In this document: positions 48,104-57,646 of the stretch, piece by piece
Position numbering within the stretch: the first letter of the stretch is position 1
Layout of the letters: every line of letters starts with the position of its first letter
IMG/VR virus record: IMGVR_UViG_3300027834_000005
Coordinates: 124,001 to 188,000 of that record
Strand: one strand, 5' to 3'
Length of the DNA: 64,000 nucleotides
Position numbers and translations under genes: made by a program
Notes under the pieces: generated by a model
Databases searched by the model: none
The model's input: only the letters and a program-made list of their open reading frames with translations
Told to the model about the DNA's origin: nothing

Positions 48104-49555
48104 ATGTCAGGTAATAAAGTTATACTGTCGGCAGATGTTATTAGGAATGCCGCCAAAGAATTAGGAATGGTAGAACCGGCTGAAGAAGGTTCGATCTTAG
48201 CCGCGATAGACGATTACTTCTTAACGTTAGCCAACGGACAGTATAGTCCGATGTCAGGTGAACATAATAATGCCTCTAATTATAATGAGGTGTATATAGT
48301 TGCTAAGAAGCATAACGTAGATCCTAATTTAATGATGAAGTATCTAACACATACCTCTATTTTTGATAAATTCCAGAAACTTTCCGTTAATGAAAGTATG
48401 TTACCGGATTACATTGGTACTCGAATTAAGTCTAAATTGAAACCGGAAGCGTATAAGAAATTTAAAGGTGATGCTGTTAACGCAGTTGTCAAGGCACTTA
48501 TGAAAGGTGCTAACCTTGGTACTATAGTTGATTCTATCTCAGGTACATATTCAATACCTAGAAAAGAACTGCTTAGTGCAGTGAGAGATGTAACTTCCGC
48601 TGATGGAAGTTATGGTGTCACAGAGGAAGACGACGTGAAAAAGAAGAAAGGTATCGAAGGTAAGAAGGGCGGTAGTAATCCAGTCCAGAAGAACTTGAGA
48701 GAGTTCAATAAGGGCGGAAGACACACCGATAAGAAAAACGACTATCGTAGAAAAGAGAAGCATTCTAAAAGCTCTGCTACTACAGAGGGCTACAGAGTCG
48801 TACCTTCAATTGATAAAGATAGATACCAGAATCGTGAGTGGGAAGGCCTAGAAGGTCCATACTCTAATAAGCACGGAAGAGTCTACTACTATGACACTAA
48901 AGCAGGTAAGTACTACGACCCAGACACCGACATTTATATGGCTGTCGATGATGTTATGGAATCTAAAGTAGGAAGTGCTCTGCAAGAATCTGTAAATAGA
49001 TTCATTAGTGTATTAGAGGGTAAACAGATGAGTATATATCAGGCCAAGTTAATAAACTTACTTGATAATATGAATGCTGATTATCTTTTTACTGGGGATA
49101 AAGTATTATTGGAAGAGCCATTAGGTTCACAGATACTTGAGAAGTTCCCAGAGATGGCTGGTCTTATTATCACACGAGGTAAGAAGGTGACTGAGACTAT
49201 AGCTGGTAATATAGCTGGTAGTGCACAACCTATCGGTGATATGCAGAAGAGAAGAGGTATTGCTGAGATAGAATACGAAAAGATGGAAGACGGTGAAGTA
49301 GAGCTTGATGAGTATGATGGAAGTGATGATCGCGGATCTGATCAAGAAGCCAACCTTAAGTTCCTGAAGCAGTCTATGCGTCAAGGCGGAGAGATAACAG
49401 TATACGGGGCGGACTACCGCGCACGTGTATTCAAATATGATTTTGATAATGATATCTGGACCGATACGACGAAAGGTAAGACGTACTCCACTGAAGAGTT
49501 GTCCGGTGTTCTTAAAAGAAATAACGGCGAATCTTTTGTTGAGTCTAAAAAGTAA
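48104..49555 (+). CDS. Modular probable internal head protein (483 aa)
   Basis: Short modules separated by hydrophobic-X-E-(S/G/T/E) motifs (VNES, VTEE, VMES, LQES, VLEG, VTET, FVES). Confidence 0.65.
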   Translation: MSGNKVILSADVIRNAAKELGMVEPAEEGSILAAIDDYFLTLANGQYSPMSGEHNNASNYNEVYIVAKKHNVDPNLMMKYLTHTSIFDKFQKLSVNESMLPDYIGTRIKSKLKPEAYKKFKGDAVNAVVKALMKGANLGTIVDSISGTYSIPRKELLSAVRDVTSADGSYGVTEEDDVKKKKGIEGKKGGSNPVQKNLREFNKGGRHTDKKNDYRRKEKHSKSSATTEGYRVVPSIDKDRYQNREWEGLEGPYSNKHGRVYYYDTKAGKYYDPDTDIYMAVDDVMESKVGSALQESVNRFISVLEGKQMSIYQAKLINLLDNMNADYLFTGDKVLLEEPLGSQILEKFPEMAGLIITRGKKVTETIAGNIAGSAQPIGDMQKRRGIAEIEYEKMEDGEVELDEYDGSDDRGSDQEANLKFLKQSMRQGGEITVYGADYRARVFKYDFDNDIWTDTTKGKTYSTEELSGVLKRNNGESFVESKK

Positions 49556-49594
49556 ATAAATATACTCGTTTTGATACACGTTTTGTGTATAAAT

Positions 49595-49602
49595 GATAAA
49601 TA
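49595..49602 (+). promoter_or_regulatory. Late promoter GATAAATA
   Basis: Upstream of an AGGAG RBS and ATG 49650. Confidence 0.75.
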
Positions 49603-49649
49603 CAATTAAGAGCGCGATAAAGCGCATAAAAAAATTTAGGAGAAATATT

Positions 49650-50201
49650 ATGGTTGCTAAAGTAAATAGTGGCGTATTCAAGGATCAGGTTTTAGCTGGT
49701 TCATTAAGAGCATTTGTAATTGGTGGTGTAACTTTAACAGCTGGTACTTTATCAGCTCCAGTAGCATCTGCAGACGACCAAGAATGGACGTTATCAGCTG
49801 GATCTACAGTAAAATATAACGACCAAGACGCTGTTCCAGATACAGCTGCTGAAATGGTTTATCGTATCTTATCTACTCGTTCTACCGTTGTGTCTATCGA
49901 GTTTGAAACAGTTACTGATACAGTTCATGTTATCTTAGAAAATGCTTCTGGTTGGGGCTACACTAAGGCTGACGGCGTATTAGCTGATCTAGAAGCTGAA
50001 CTTCAAGGTTTAGGTGCTACTTTCGCAGTTTCTGTTGAAGGTGCGGTTGCTGGTACAGGCGACTTCTCTGCGGCAACTGCTGTAGAAAATAGAATGGTAT
50101 TTGATGCTGTTAATGGTGCAATTGCTGCTCCAGCAGTTGGTGGATTGGGCGGTAACGAACACGACCAAGATACTGACAGTAACGCGAAAACTGCTCCTTA
50201 A
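49650..50201 (+). CDS. Abundant virion protein, paralog family A (183 aa), candidate head decoration protein
   Basis: ATG 49650 with AGGAG (the track start at 49593 overlaps the promoter); capsid-like codon usage; own promoter and terminator. Confidence 0.7.
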   Translation: MVAKVNSGVFKDQVLAGSLRAFVIGGVTLTAGTLSAPVASADDQEWTLSAGSTVKYNDQDAVPDTAAEMVYRILSTRSTVVSIEFETVTDTVHVILENASGWGYTKADGVLADLEAELQGLGATFAVSVEGAVAGTGDFSAATAVENRMVFDAVNGAIAAPAVGGLGGNEHDQDTDSNAKTAP

Positions 50202-50226
50202 TCGGAAACAGTTTAGTATCATAAGA

Positions 50227-50250
50227 AGCTCACTTAGGTGGGCTTTTTTT
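50227..50250 (+). terminator. Rho-independent terminator
   Basis: AGCTCAC-TTAG-GTGGGCT followed by a T run; near-identical to the gp23 terminator. Confidence 0.9.
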
Positions 50251-50289
50251 ATGCCTGTAATAAACCAATAGAACACATGCTCATTCTTT

Positions 50290-50297
50290 GATAAATA
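50290..50297 (+). promoter_or_regulatory. Late promoter GATAAATA
   Basis: TGATAAATAGT upstream of an AAGGA RBS and ATG 50325. Confidence 0.75.
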
Positions 50298-50324
50298 GTG
50301 TAAAGATATTTGAAAGGATAAAAC

Positions 50325-51512
50325 ATGGTTCTTAAGGTGCACGGCGGACTTATAAATGACCAGTTCTTAACGGGCAACCTAAGACACTATAGTGTTACGG
50401 GAGCTGACTTTAGCAATGCTATAAGTGACGGAACTTTTATAATTCCCAATGGTGGCGGTCCCAATATAGATCTAGTTGTAGGTGAAGGCCAACCTGTGCC
50501 TGATTCAGCCGCGTCAATAATAATGAATGAAGTTGCTAAATTAGCGACTGTCGTAATCACAAATCCAACAGCGGAAGGATTATATTTCGCTCTAGAGAAC
50601 GACGATAACGACTGGACCATTGCCGAACTACAGACCATGATCCAAACGTTAGGGACAGTAGGGGTTGATGGAGTCGATGTGAGTGCCGCCATTGTTACAG
50701 GAACGGCATATATTTTATATCAGGGCGGATCAGGTGGGTCATCTGACTTCCTAGGTTTAACCGATACACCGGCAGATTATAGCGGGTTTGCTGGTTATTC
50801 TGCTGTAGTAAATCCTGCTGAAGATGGTCTTATTTTTGTTGATGTGACTGGTGGAGGAACAACATCACTAGTTAACCTTTTTGATACTAACCCAACCGCA
50901 GTGCCCGATGGCATTCTGAGATGGAATACCGCAGGTAATATAGTAGAATACGTCACGACCATAGAAGCAGATATAGTGTCTCTAGATGCCTCCTCGTTCG
51001 GTGGTAATTTAAGTCCTTCAGACACTGATGTCCAGACAGCTATGGAGACAATTGATCAGATGACCGCAACTGGCGGTGTCGATTCAGTTATGATAGATGG
51101 CCAACATGTACTAGTTCTAACAGACACTACGAGGGGCGATAAAAGACTGTCAGTATCTGAACAAACTATAATGTTCTCCGCTAATAAACTTAGAGACTTA
51201 GAATGGATGAACATAGGTAATGCCGTATCGGCTAAATCATCTTATGTTGCAGATTTCAACGGGACAGTAGTGTATATAAGTGGGCATTGTGAAGAAACAT
51301 TCGCTGAAGATAAGGACCTACATCTATATGTGAATGAAATCAATCTAGGGTACGTGGGCACTTTGTCCGGTGGAACTAACGCAATATTGATAGCGAACAC
51401 GTTGGATTTAGATTTTAATAAGGGTGATAGGCTAAGGCTTAGAGCAGTCGGCGGGACCGAAACTATAGAAGATACTGTAGTTAAAATAACAATAAAATGG
51501 AGAGCAGATTAA
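50325..51512 (+). CDS. Fibre/adaptor protein: N-terminal domain A plus C-terminal domain B (395 aa)
   Basis: N-terminus MVLKVHGGLINDQFLTGNLR; the last 137 aa align without gaps to the C-terminus of the next gene. Confidence 0.7.
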   Translation: MVLKVHGGLINDQFLTGNLRHYSVTGADFSNAISDGTFIIPNGGGPNIDLVVGEGQPVPDSAASIIMNEVAKLATVVITNPTAEGLYFALENDDNDWTIAELQTMIQTLGTVGVDGVDVSAAIVTGTAYILYQGGSGGSSDFLGLTDTPADYSGFAGYSAVVNPAEDGLIFVDVTGGGTTSLVNLFDTNPTAVPDGILRWNTAGNIVEYVTTIEADIVSLDASSFGGNLSPSDTDVQTAMETIDQMTATGGVDSVMIDGQHVLVLTDTTRGDKRLSVSEQTIMFSANKLRDLEWMNIGNAVSAKSSYVADFNGTVVYISGHCEETFAEDKDLHLYVNEINLGYVGTLSGGTNAILIANTLDLDFNKGDRLRLRAVGGTETIEDTVVKITIKWRAD

Positions 51513-51544
51513 ATTCTGCCGCATAGACAAAAAGGAATATAAAA

Positions 51545-53485
51545 ATGGCTGGAACATTCTTAGTAAGAAAATTAGATGCGTCTGCGGTAGTAATTGACGA
51601 TCTTGGTATCACTATATCGGGAACGGCAGGAACAACGTATGATCTTATAGACATACAACCAAATAATTTATCAGTAAGTGATAATTTGGTAGCTGCTATA
51701 GGGGTTACATTAGAAGTACTGGACCCTAGGGATGGCACAACAGCACTATCTACTGCGGATGGAGTATTGACAATAGAGAGTTGTAACTCTCCTCATTTCG
51801 GTATTAACGGCGGTAGGTTTGCGGCACTTGATGATCCAGCAGTTACCCCAGCGACATCAACATATTTGAAATTTGATGGTACTGAGTACGTAGCTTCTGA
51901 CGCCTCAGATTTAACTGATGAGATAGGCAATGACGTACAGGATCTTATTGAATCCACGCTCATAGACGGTTCGGATATTACTTTCGTGGTTGATGCGGGT
52001 ACTGGTAATAACGACAAGACAATCACTATTAACGTTGATGACTCATTCCTGCGTAATACGGGTGATAATCTAACTAGTGGCACGTTAACTATTGATAGTG
52101 GCGCTGCAATTACCGTATCAACTGGCGCAGCTTTAACTATAGCGGACGCACCTGTAAATCCCCAAGACGCAGCTAATAAAGCGTATGTTGATTCTATATC
52201 TGCAGGTTTAGACCCTAAAGAATCTGTTAGAGTGGCATCTGCCGCAGATTTAGCAGCAACGTATGTTCCAGCTGGAGGAACCGCAGGGACTGGGTCATTT
52301 ACATCCGCACCGACTTTAATAGATGGTGTAGTGTTAGTTAACGGAGACAGGGTTTTAGTAAAAGACCAGTTCGATGCTAAACAGAATGGTATTTATGAAG
52401 TTATAGCGTCTACTATATGGAACAGAGCAGAAGACCAAGATGGTGATCCAGCAACTGAAGTTTCTTCAGGTAACTACACATTTGTAGAGCAAGGTACGGC
52501 ATCTGGTTCGACAGGATGGGTAGTAACTGGAGATGGAATCTTAACACTTAATGTTGATGATATTGTGTGGGTGCAGTTCTCTGGTACTGGAGCATACACA
52601 GCAGGCGTAGGTTTAGGTCTTTCAGGGTCTGAATTTTACTTAGATATTAATAACCTAGTTTCGGATACTATTACGTCTGCAGATTCTATAGCGTTCAATG
52701 ATATTGATGCTCCTAATACTACTAAGAAAATTACATTGTCAAGTATGTTATCTGATCTTGATATCGTAAATAGTCTTAGTGGTAATGGTATAGCGGTACA
52801 GACTGCAGCTGACACGTACACTGCTAGATCTATTATCCCTTCGACTACTGCGGCACAAGAAGGTATATTAGTAGTGAATGGGGATGGCGTGGCTGGCAAC
52901 ATGTCAGTCGGTCTTGATATTAACGGTCTTACGGATAGTGCTGCTGACCTAACTGCCACTGACGAATTGGCTGTGTTTGACGGCACTAACAATTTAAGTA
53001 TGTCAGGGCAGCAACTAGCGGATGGCGTGGGAACGTTATTAGGATTAGGTTCGTTGACTTTGACCACCATAAATGGCCAGACAGTTTTGACTATAGTAGA
53101 TAGTACTAGAGGTAATAAGATTTTATCTGTTGATTCAGTTGAACTAACATTCAGTGAGAACAGAGTGAATCATTTAGATTGGTTGGATATCGGAAACGCA
53201 GTAGACGCGGATAGTGGTTTCGTGGCTCCTATGAACGGGACTATTGTGATGGCCACAGGAAACTGTGAGAATACCGGAGCTAACAGTAAGGATTTTCATG
53301 TGTTCGTAAATACTACTGATCAAGGGTCACTAGGTACGCTTTCAGGTGGTACTAATGTAGTATTCACTAACACCACTGCTAACTTCGACTTTACGCAGGG
53401 CGATAGAATACGTGTGCAGGCAAATGACGTATCAGGAAGAATCCAAGATACGGTTGTGTCGGTATACATTAAATGGAGAGGATAA
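51545..53485 (+). CDS. Fibre protein: N-terminal domain C plus C-terminal domain B (646 aa)
   Basis: Contains DAANKAYVD and the phage fibre module KESVRVA...LVNGDRVLVKDQ...QNGIY...WNRAED. Confidence 0.75.
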   Translation: MAGTFLVRKLDASAVVIDDLGITISGTAGTTYDLIDIQPNNLSVSDNLVAAIGVTLEVLDPRDGTTALSTADGVLTIESCNSPHFGINGGRFAALDDPAVTPATSTYLKFDGTEYVASDASDLTDEIGNDVQDLIESTLIDGSDITFVVDAGTGNNDKTITINVDDSFLRNTGDNLTSGTLTIDSGAAITVSTGAALTIADAPVNPQDAANKAYVDSISAGLDPKESVRVASAADLAATYVPAGGTAGTGSFTSAPTLIDGVVLVNGDRVLVKDQFDAKQNGIYEVIASTIWNRAEDQDGDPATEVSSGNYTFVEQGTASGSTGWVVTGDGILTLNVDDIVWVQFSGTGAYTAGVGLGLSGSEFYLDINNLVSDTITSADSIAFNDIDAPNTTKKITLSSMLSDLDIVNSLSGNGIAVQTAADTYTARSIIPSTTAAQEGILVVNGDGVAGNMSVGLDINGLTDSAADLTATDELAVFDGTNNLSMSGQQLADGVGTLLGLGSLTLTTINGQTVLTIVDSTRGNKILSVDSVELTFSENRVNHLDWLDIGNAVDADSGFVAPMNGTIVMATGNCENTGANSKDFHVFVNTTDQGSLGTLSGGTNVVFTNTTANFDFTQGDRIRVQANDVSGRIQDTVVSVYIKWRG

Positions 53486-53488
53486 AAA

Positions 53489-56400
53489 TTGTCTATTATA
53501 ATTAAGAATGTTTCAGTGTCATTGGTCCCTATCAATGACATTGGTATAACAGTTGGGATAGGACTAACATACGATGTGTCTATAATAGATGCATCGGACG
53601 TTTCTGCTAGTGCGGTGGACGGTGATATTTTTGACGTCGTGAGCGCAGGCGATATCGTAGTAATAGATCCAAGAGATAACATAACTGAATTGGGAGTGGC
53701 CGACAGTCTTGTTGTCCTACGTGCGCATAATGATTCGCACTATGGTATGGCGGCAGGATCAAGAATCATTGACGCCGAAGACGTCGATGATACCGGACTA
53801 GCTAATGGGGATATTTTAAAGTGGGGCGGAACTGATTTCCAAACTGTGGCTAATGACCATGACGATTTAACCAATATTTCTGGTGGTGGTGTTGGAGATT
53901 ACCAACATTTCACTACTGCTGAAAAAACCAATATTAATGCTGTTGCATCTACAACTGGACATACTGGTTGGTTATCTGGTGGTGATGTGTCTATCGGTAC
54001 TAACCCTAATGAGGTTACAGTGTCTGCCGGTACAGGTAGAATCATAAGATATACAGATCCGCTTAATCCTGTCGTGACCGAAGTGTCATGGCCGCAATTA
54101 ACAGACGTGCCAATAACCGACATAGCCACAACGATAACGACTACTTTGGGGATTAACTCACTAGGTCAATTAGTGCAGTTCCCAGATTCTATTTTAGAAA
54201 GACTAGACTATAAAGAATATATTTTAATAGGATTTATATCCCATTTAGATAATACCTCTATCGATCAGTTTTCTAGTAGTCCGTCAATGGTTGCGTATGA
54301 CGGCGTAGCTAATGTTGCTGATTTCATTAGGTCAGCCGGTGCCGTTCTCTTAGAGGGTAATAAGGTCTCTGGCGTAGCAGGAACATTACAATTGGCAAAG
54401 ACTAGTGGTGAGGTTTTCTCTTACGGTACTAATGCCAGTTCAGAGCCAGAAATACCGGACGTTGCGCCAACAATAGCAACACTAGGGAATAATTTCTTCC
54501 TTGGCCATAGAGATCCCAGTACCACTGATACTTATCTGTCAGTAATAACTAACGTTATTGATCCGTTACAGTGGGACGATAATGGCGTTTTGACTGTGGT
54601 TGGGAATAACAGGTGGACAATTATGCCTGTGTATCTAATTTCCGCCATAAACTTTATAGTAGTGGGCTACGGACAAACAACATACGTGAATTTGAGTGAA
54701 GCACTGACTGATTTGAGAAATGGCACTCATGTCTGGGAAGAAAGAGCGCAGTTAAAAAATAGTGCGTTCTTGGGTCATATTGTAGTGAAGAAAGAAGCTA
54801 CCGACTTAACTGATGAGTTAGAAGCGACATTTGTGTTAGCTCCAACACTGAGAGAAGCATTACGTGGATCGTCAGGTTCAGGAAACACTAGTGGTGGCGG
54901 CGGAGTTTCTGCTTGGGGCGATATAACAGGAACGTTATCTGACCAGACTGATTTACAATCTGAATTAGACACATTAACAGCGCACACAGTGGATACTGCT
55001 AATCCACACGACACTACTGTGAATAATTTAGATGACACAGTGATTACGTCTCCAGTATCAGGAGAACATCTAGTTTATAATGGGTCATCGTGGGTAAATG
55101 ACTCGCCGTTAGTTAATCTTCCATTAGTGCAAGTCCGTAGAGAAACATCCATGAATAATTTGGGTACTGGATGGAACGATGTGTATTGGGAAAATACTGA
55201 TTTTGAAAATAATACAGATTACTTAGAACTTAGTGGCGCGGATGCTAGATACGTTCTATTGAAAACTGTTGGGTTCTATTTATTTGAATATAAAACTACT
55301 GGTCTGACGTCCGTTGGCGGAAGGTTAATGTTAGATGGTGGCACATACATAGTGGGGTCTGAAACAGACCCTGTTGGTCTTACATCACAAAGTGGACTGG
55401 ATAGTACGCGAATGGAAGGCATAGCGACTGCGCAAGTAATAGTCGAATGTACTGCACCTAACCAAACGGTTCATTTACAGTTGCGTTCCAATAATGTCCA
55501 GCAAGATGATACTGATAAAATTAGTATGAATGCGGTAGCTTTAATAGGTGTTCAGGGCGTGTCAGGTGCCAACGGACAAGGAGTTCCTTCTGGCGGAATA
55601 GCGGGACAAGTTTTGACAAAGGTTGACGGGACCGATTATAATACGGAATGGGCAATTCATGTGCCTAGTCATAATGAATTTTTTGTGGCTAAGAATGGAA
55701 ACGACACTACTGGTGAAGGAACTAACGATAATCCTTATCTTACTATTAATAAGGCAATAACAGAAATTAACACGCTTAGCCCAAGTGTAACAAATCGCTT
55801 CCAAGTAAACGTATCTCCAGGTATTTTTTCTGAGTCGCCGTTTACTATACCGGCTGGGGTAGATGTGGTATGTAAGACTTCTATAATAGTTGCGGCAGAC
55901 GCAGCTAATGATTTCATAACTCTAGACGGTAGTGGAAATATATATGGTGCCGACGTACAAGGCGTTACTGGAGCAGGAAAATACTGTATAGTTTGTTCAG
56001 GTACAGGAACGTCAACGAGTATTATTCGTGAGTGTACTATTGGGTATCTTTCTACGGGAGCAATAAAAGCATCGAGTACGGTAATAGGGCACTCTGTCAT
56101 AATATCGTTCAGTAATATAATTGCATTTAGTGAAGATGGTGTGTATGTAGATACCAATTCAGATGTTATATATTCTGAAGGACTTATATTTGGCAACGGA
56201 ACAACCGCGAGAGGAGTTGTGACTAACGGCAGTGGGACATGCACAGTTACGTCTTTGATAGTCGAAAGCTGCGGTACTGGGGCATACCATAACTCGACAG
56301 GAACATTAAAGTCAGTCGGGTCAAGTTTTAATCCTTCTAATTTAATACCTGTGACTAGAGTTGGTACGTCCCCGTTAGTGGTGAGATCTACCGACTTAGA

Positions 56401-57646
56401 ATCTGAAAAATTAAACACGTTGACTACCGAAAATATATCTGGTTCTTTTTATGACTTATCTCAAGGGGAACCGAAGTTCAGATTAGTGGATGAGTTGTCA
56501 GTTGGATTACCAGGAAATGGATCTGAATCAGCCTTTGGTGAAGGTGATAGTTTCGTAAATGGAATGTTAGTGTGGTCGTGGGATGGAACAACATTCACGG
56601 ATGTATCAGAAGAAGCATCGAGTACTACAGGCTCCACCTTATCATATCCTAATTTGAATGTTGGTTCAGCACTTTATTTCTCAACGGCTCGCACCGTAGT
56701 AGACACAGGAGACTTCATGAAGTTCTATAATATAAAGATCTCGCAAACTGTTCCTACTGACAACACGGGTGAATTAGTCGCGGAATATTGGAATGGTAGT
56801 ACGTGGGTTGAATTAAATCATATGAGTACCGAAGCGGAATCGAATGGCACGTATAGGGCATTCGCTAAGGAAATATTTCAGGGAACTGGATCAGAACATA
56901 TTAGATTCGACAGTCATATAGATCCTTTGTGGGTAGCAAACGATGCTGTTGGTATGGGCATCTCTACGTATTGGATACGTATCAGAATAGAAACTGCGCT
57001 AACGGGGAACCCTACTTTTGAGAAAATTAAAATAGGAACTAACCGCACGGAAATAAATGCAGATGGGTTTATTGAATACTTTGGTGATGCTAGACCGACT
57101 AGCGCTTTGCCATTTGATACAAGTACGTTTATTGCCGCGAATAATTCACCGGCAAATAATGATGTGTATTTAAGTGACACGCTAGGCGTAGGTAGGGTAG
57201 AAAACGAATTTCAATCGGGAGTAACAGATAGATGTGGTATGGTATTGCCGTTCCCACCGGAAATAGACACCTCTATGCCGATACATGCTAAATTCCATTT
57301 TATATCGGACAGTGCAGACACAGGTACGTTTACTTTTGTTCTGAGGCACGCGAGTTCTAGGCAAGGAGATGGAGTTTATTCAAATACCGCATCAGCGCCA
57401 TCGACTGCACCAGGACAACAAACGATAACAGTTCTGAAAGCTCCGCCAGCTATACACCAGCAATTCTTAGTTGAGTTTGACTTGGACATATCTGATGTAA
57501 TAGCTCGTAACGCAGATGGGTCATCGGATTTATTCTGGCTAACGCTGCAGCGCACAGGCGGAACGGATGCCAATACAGGAAATGCAATAATGGTGCAGTT
57601 AGAAGTAACGTATGTTAGGTGGGCTTCAGGAGGTCACATAGAATGA
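53489..57646 (+). CDS. Large fibre/receptor-binding protein with domain C and a putative parallel beta-helix (1385 aa, TTG start)
   Basis: GGAGAGGA RBS; FVAKNGND..G.G..DNPYLTINKAI...VSPGIFSE is the usual entry into a pectate-lyase-like beta-helix; also carries GQGVP.GG..GQVLTK. Confidence 0.7.
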   Translation: MSIIIKNVSVSLVPINDIGITVGIGLTYDVSIIDASDVSASAVDGDIFDVVSAGDIVVIDPRDNITELGVADSLVVLRAHNDSHYGMAAGSRIIDAEDVDDTGLANGDILKWGGTDFQTVANDHDDLTNISGGGVGDYQHFTTAEKTNINAVASTTGHTGWLSGGDVSIGTNPNEVTVSAGTGRIIRYTDPLNPVVTEVSWPQLTDVPITDIATTITTTLGINSLGQLVQFPDSILERLDYKEYILIGFISHLDNTSIDQFSSSPSMVAYDGVANVADFIRSAGAVLLEGNKVSGVAGTLQLAKTSGEVFSYGTNASSEPEIPDVAPTIATLGNNFFLGHRDPSTTDTYLSVITNVIDPLQWDDNGVLTVVGNNRWTIMPVYLISAINFIVVGYGQTTYVNLSEALTDLRNGTHVWEERAQLKNSAFLGHIVVKKEATDLTDELEATFVLAPTLREALRGSSGSGNTSGGGGVSAWGDITGTLSDQTDLQSELDTLTAHTVDTANPHDTTVNNLDDTVITSPVSGEHLVYNGSSWVNDSPLVNLPLVQVRRETSMNNLGTGWNDVYWENTDFENNTDYLELSGADARYVLLKTVGFYLFEYKTTGLTSVGGRLMLDGGTYIVGSETDPVGLTSQSGLDSTRMEGIATAQVIVECTAPNQTVHLQLRSNNVQQDDTDKISMNAVALIGVQGVSGANGQGVPSGGIAGQVLTKVDGTDYNTEWAIHVPSHNEFFVAKNGNDTTGEGTNDNPYLTINKAITEINTLSPSVTNRFQVNVSPGIFSESPFTIPAGVDVVCKTSIIVAADAANDFITLDGSGNIYGADVQGVTGAGKYCIVCSGTGTSTSIIRECTIGYLSTGAIKASSTVIGHSVIISFSNIIAFSEDGVYVDTNSDVIYSEGLIFGNGTTARGVVTNGSGTCTVTSLIVESCGTGAYHNSTGTLKSVGSSFNPSNLIPVTRVGTSPLVVRSTDLESEKLNTLTTENISGSFYDLSQGEPKFRLVDELSVGLPGNGSESAFGEGDSFVNGMLVWSWDGTTFTDVSEEASSTTGSTLSYPNLNVGSALYFSTARTVVDTGDFMKFYNIKISQTVPTDNTGELVAEYWNGSTWVELNHMSTEAESNGTYRAFAKEIFQGTGSEHIRFDSHIDPLWVANDAVGMGISTYWIRIRIETALTGNPTFEKIKIGTNRTEINADGFIEYFGDARPTSALPFDTSTFIAANNSPANNDVYLSDTLGVGRVENEFQSGVTDRCGMVLPFPPEIDTSMPIHAKFHFISDSADTGTFTFVLRHASSRQGDGVYSNTASAPSTAPGQQTITVLKAPPAIHQQFLVEFDLDISDVIARNADGSSDLFWLTLQRTGGTDANTGNAIMVQLEVTYVRWASGGHIE

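Noticed and set aside
17935-49649. Track start codons at 17935, 31234, 39276 and 49593 (also 1343 and 57619)
   Set aside because: They overlap promoters or neighbouring genes; downstream ATGs with better RBS or promoter context were used instead.
55735-56418. 227-aa minus-strand ORF
   Set aside because: Antisense shadow of the 1385-aa fibre.
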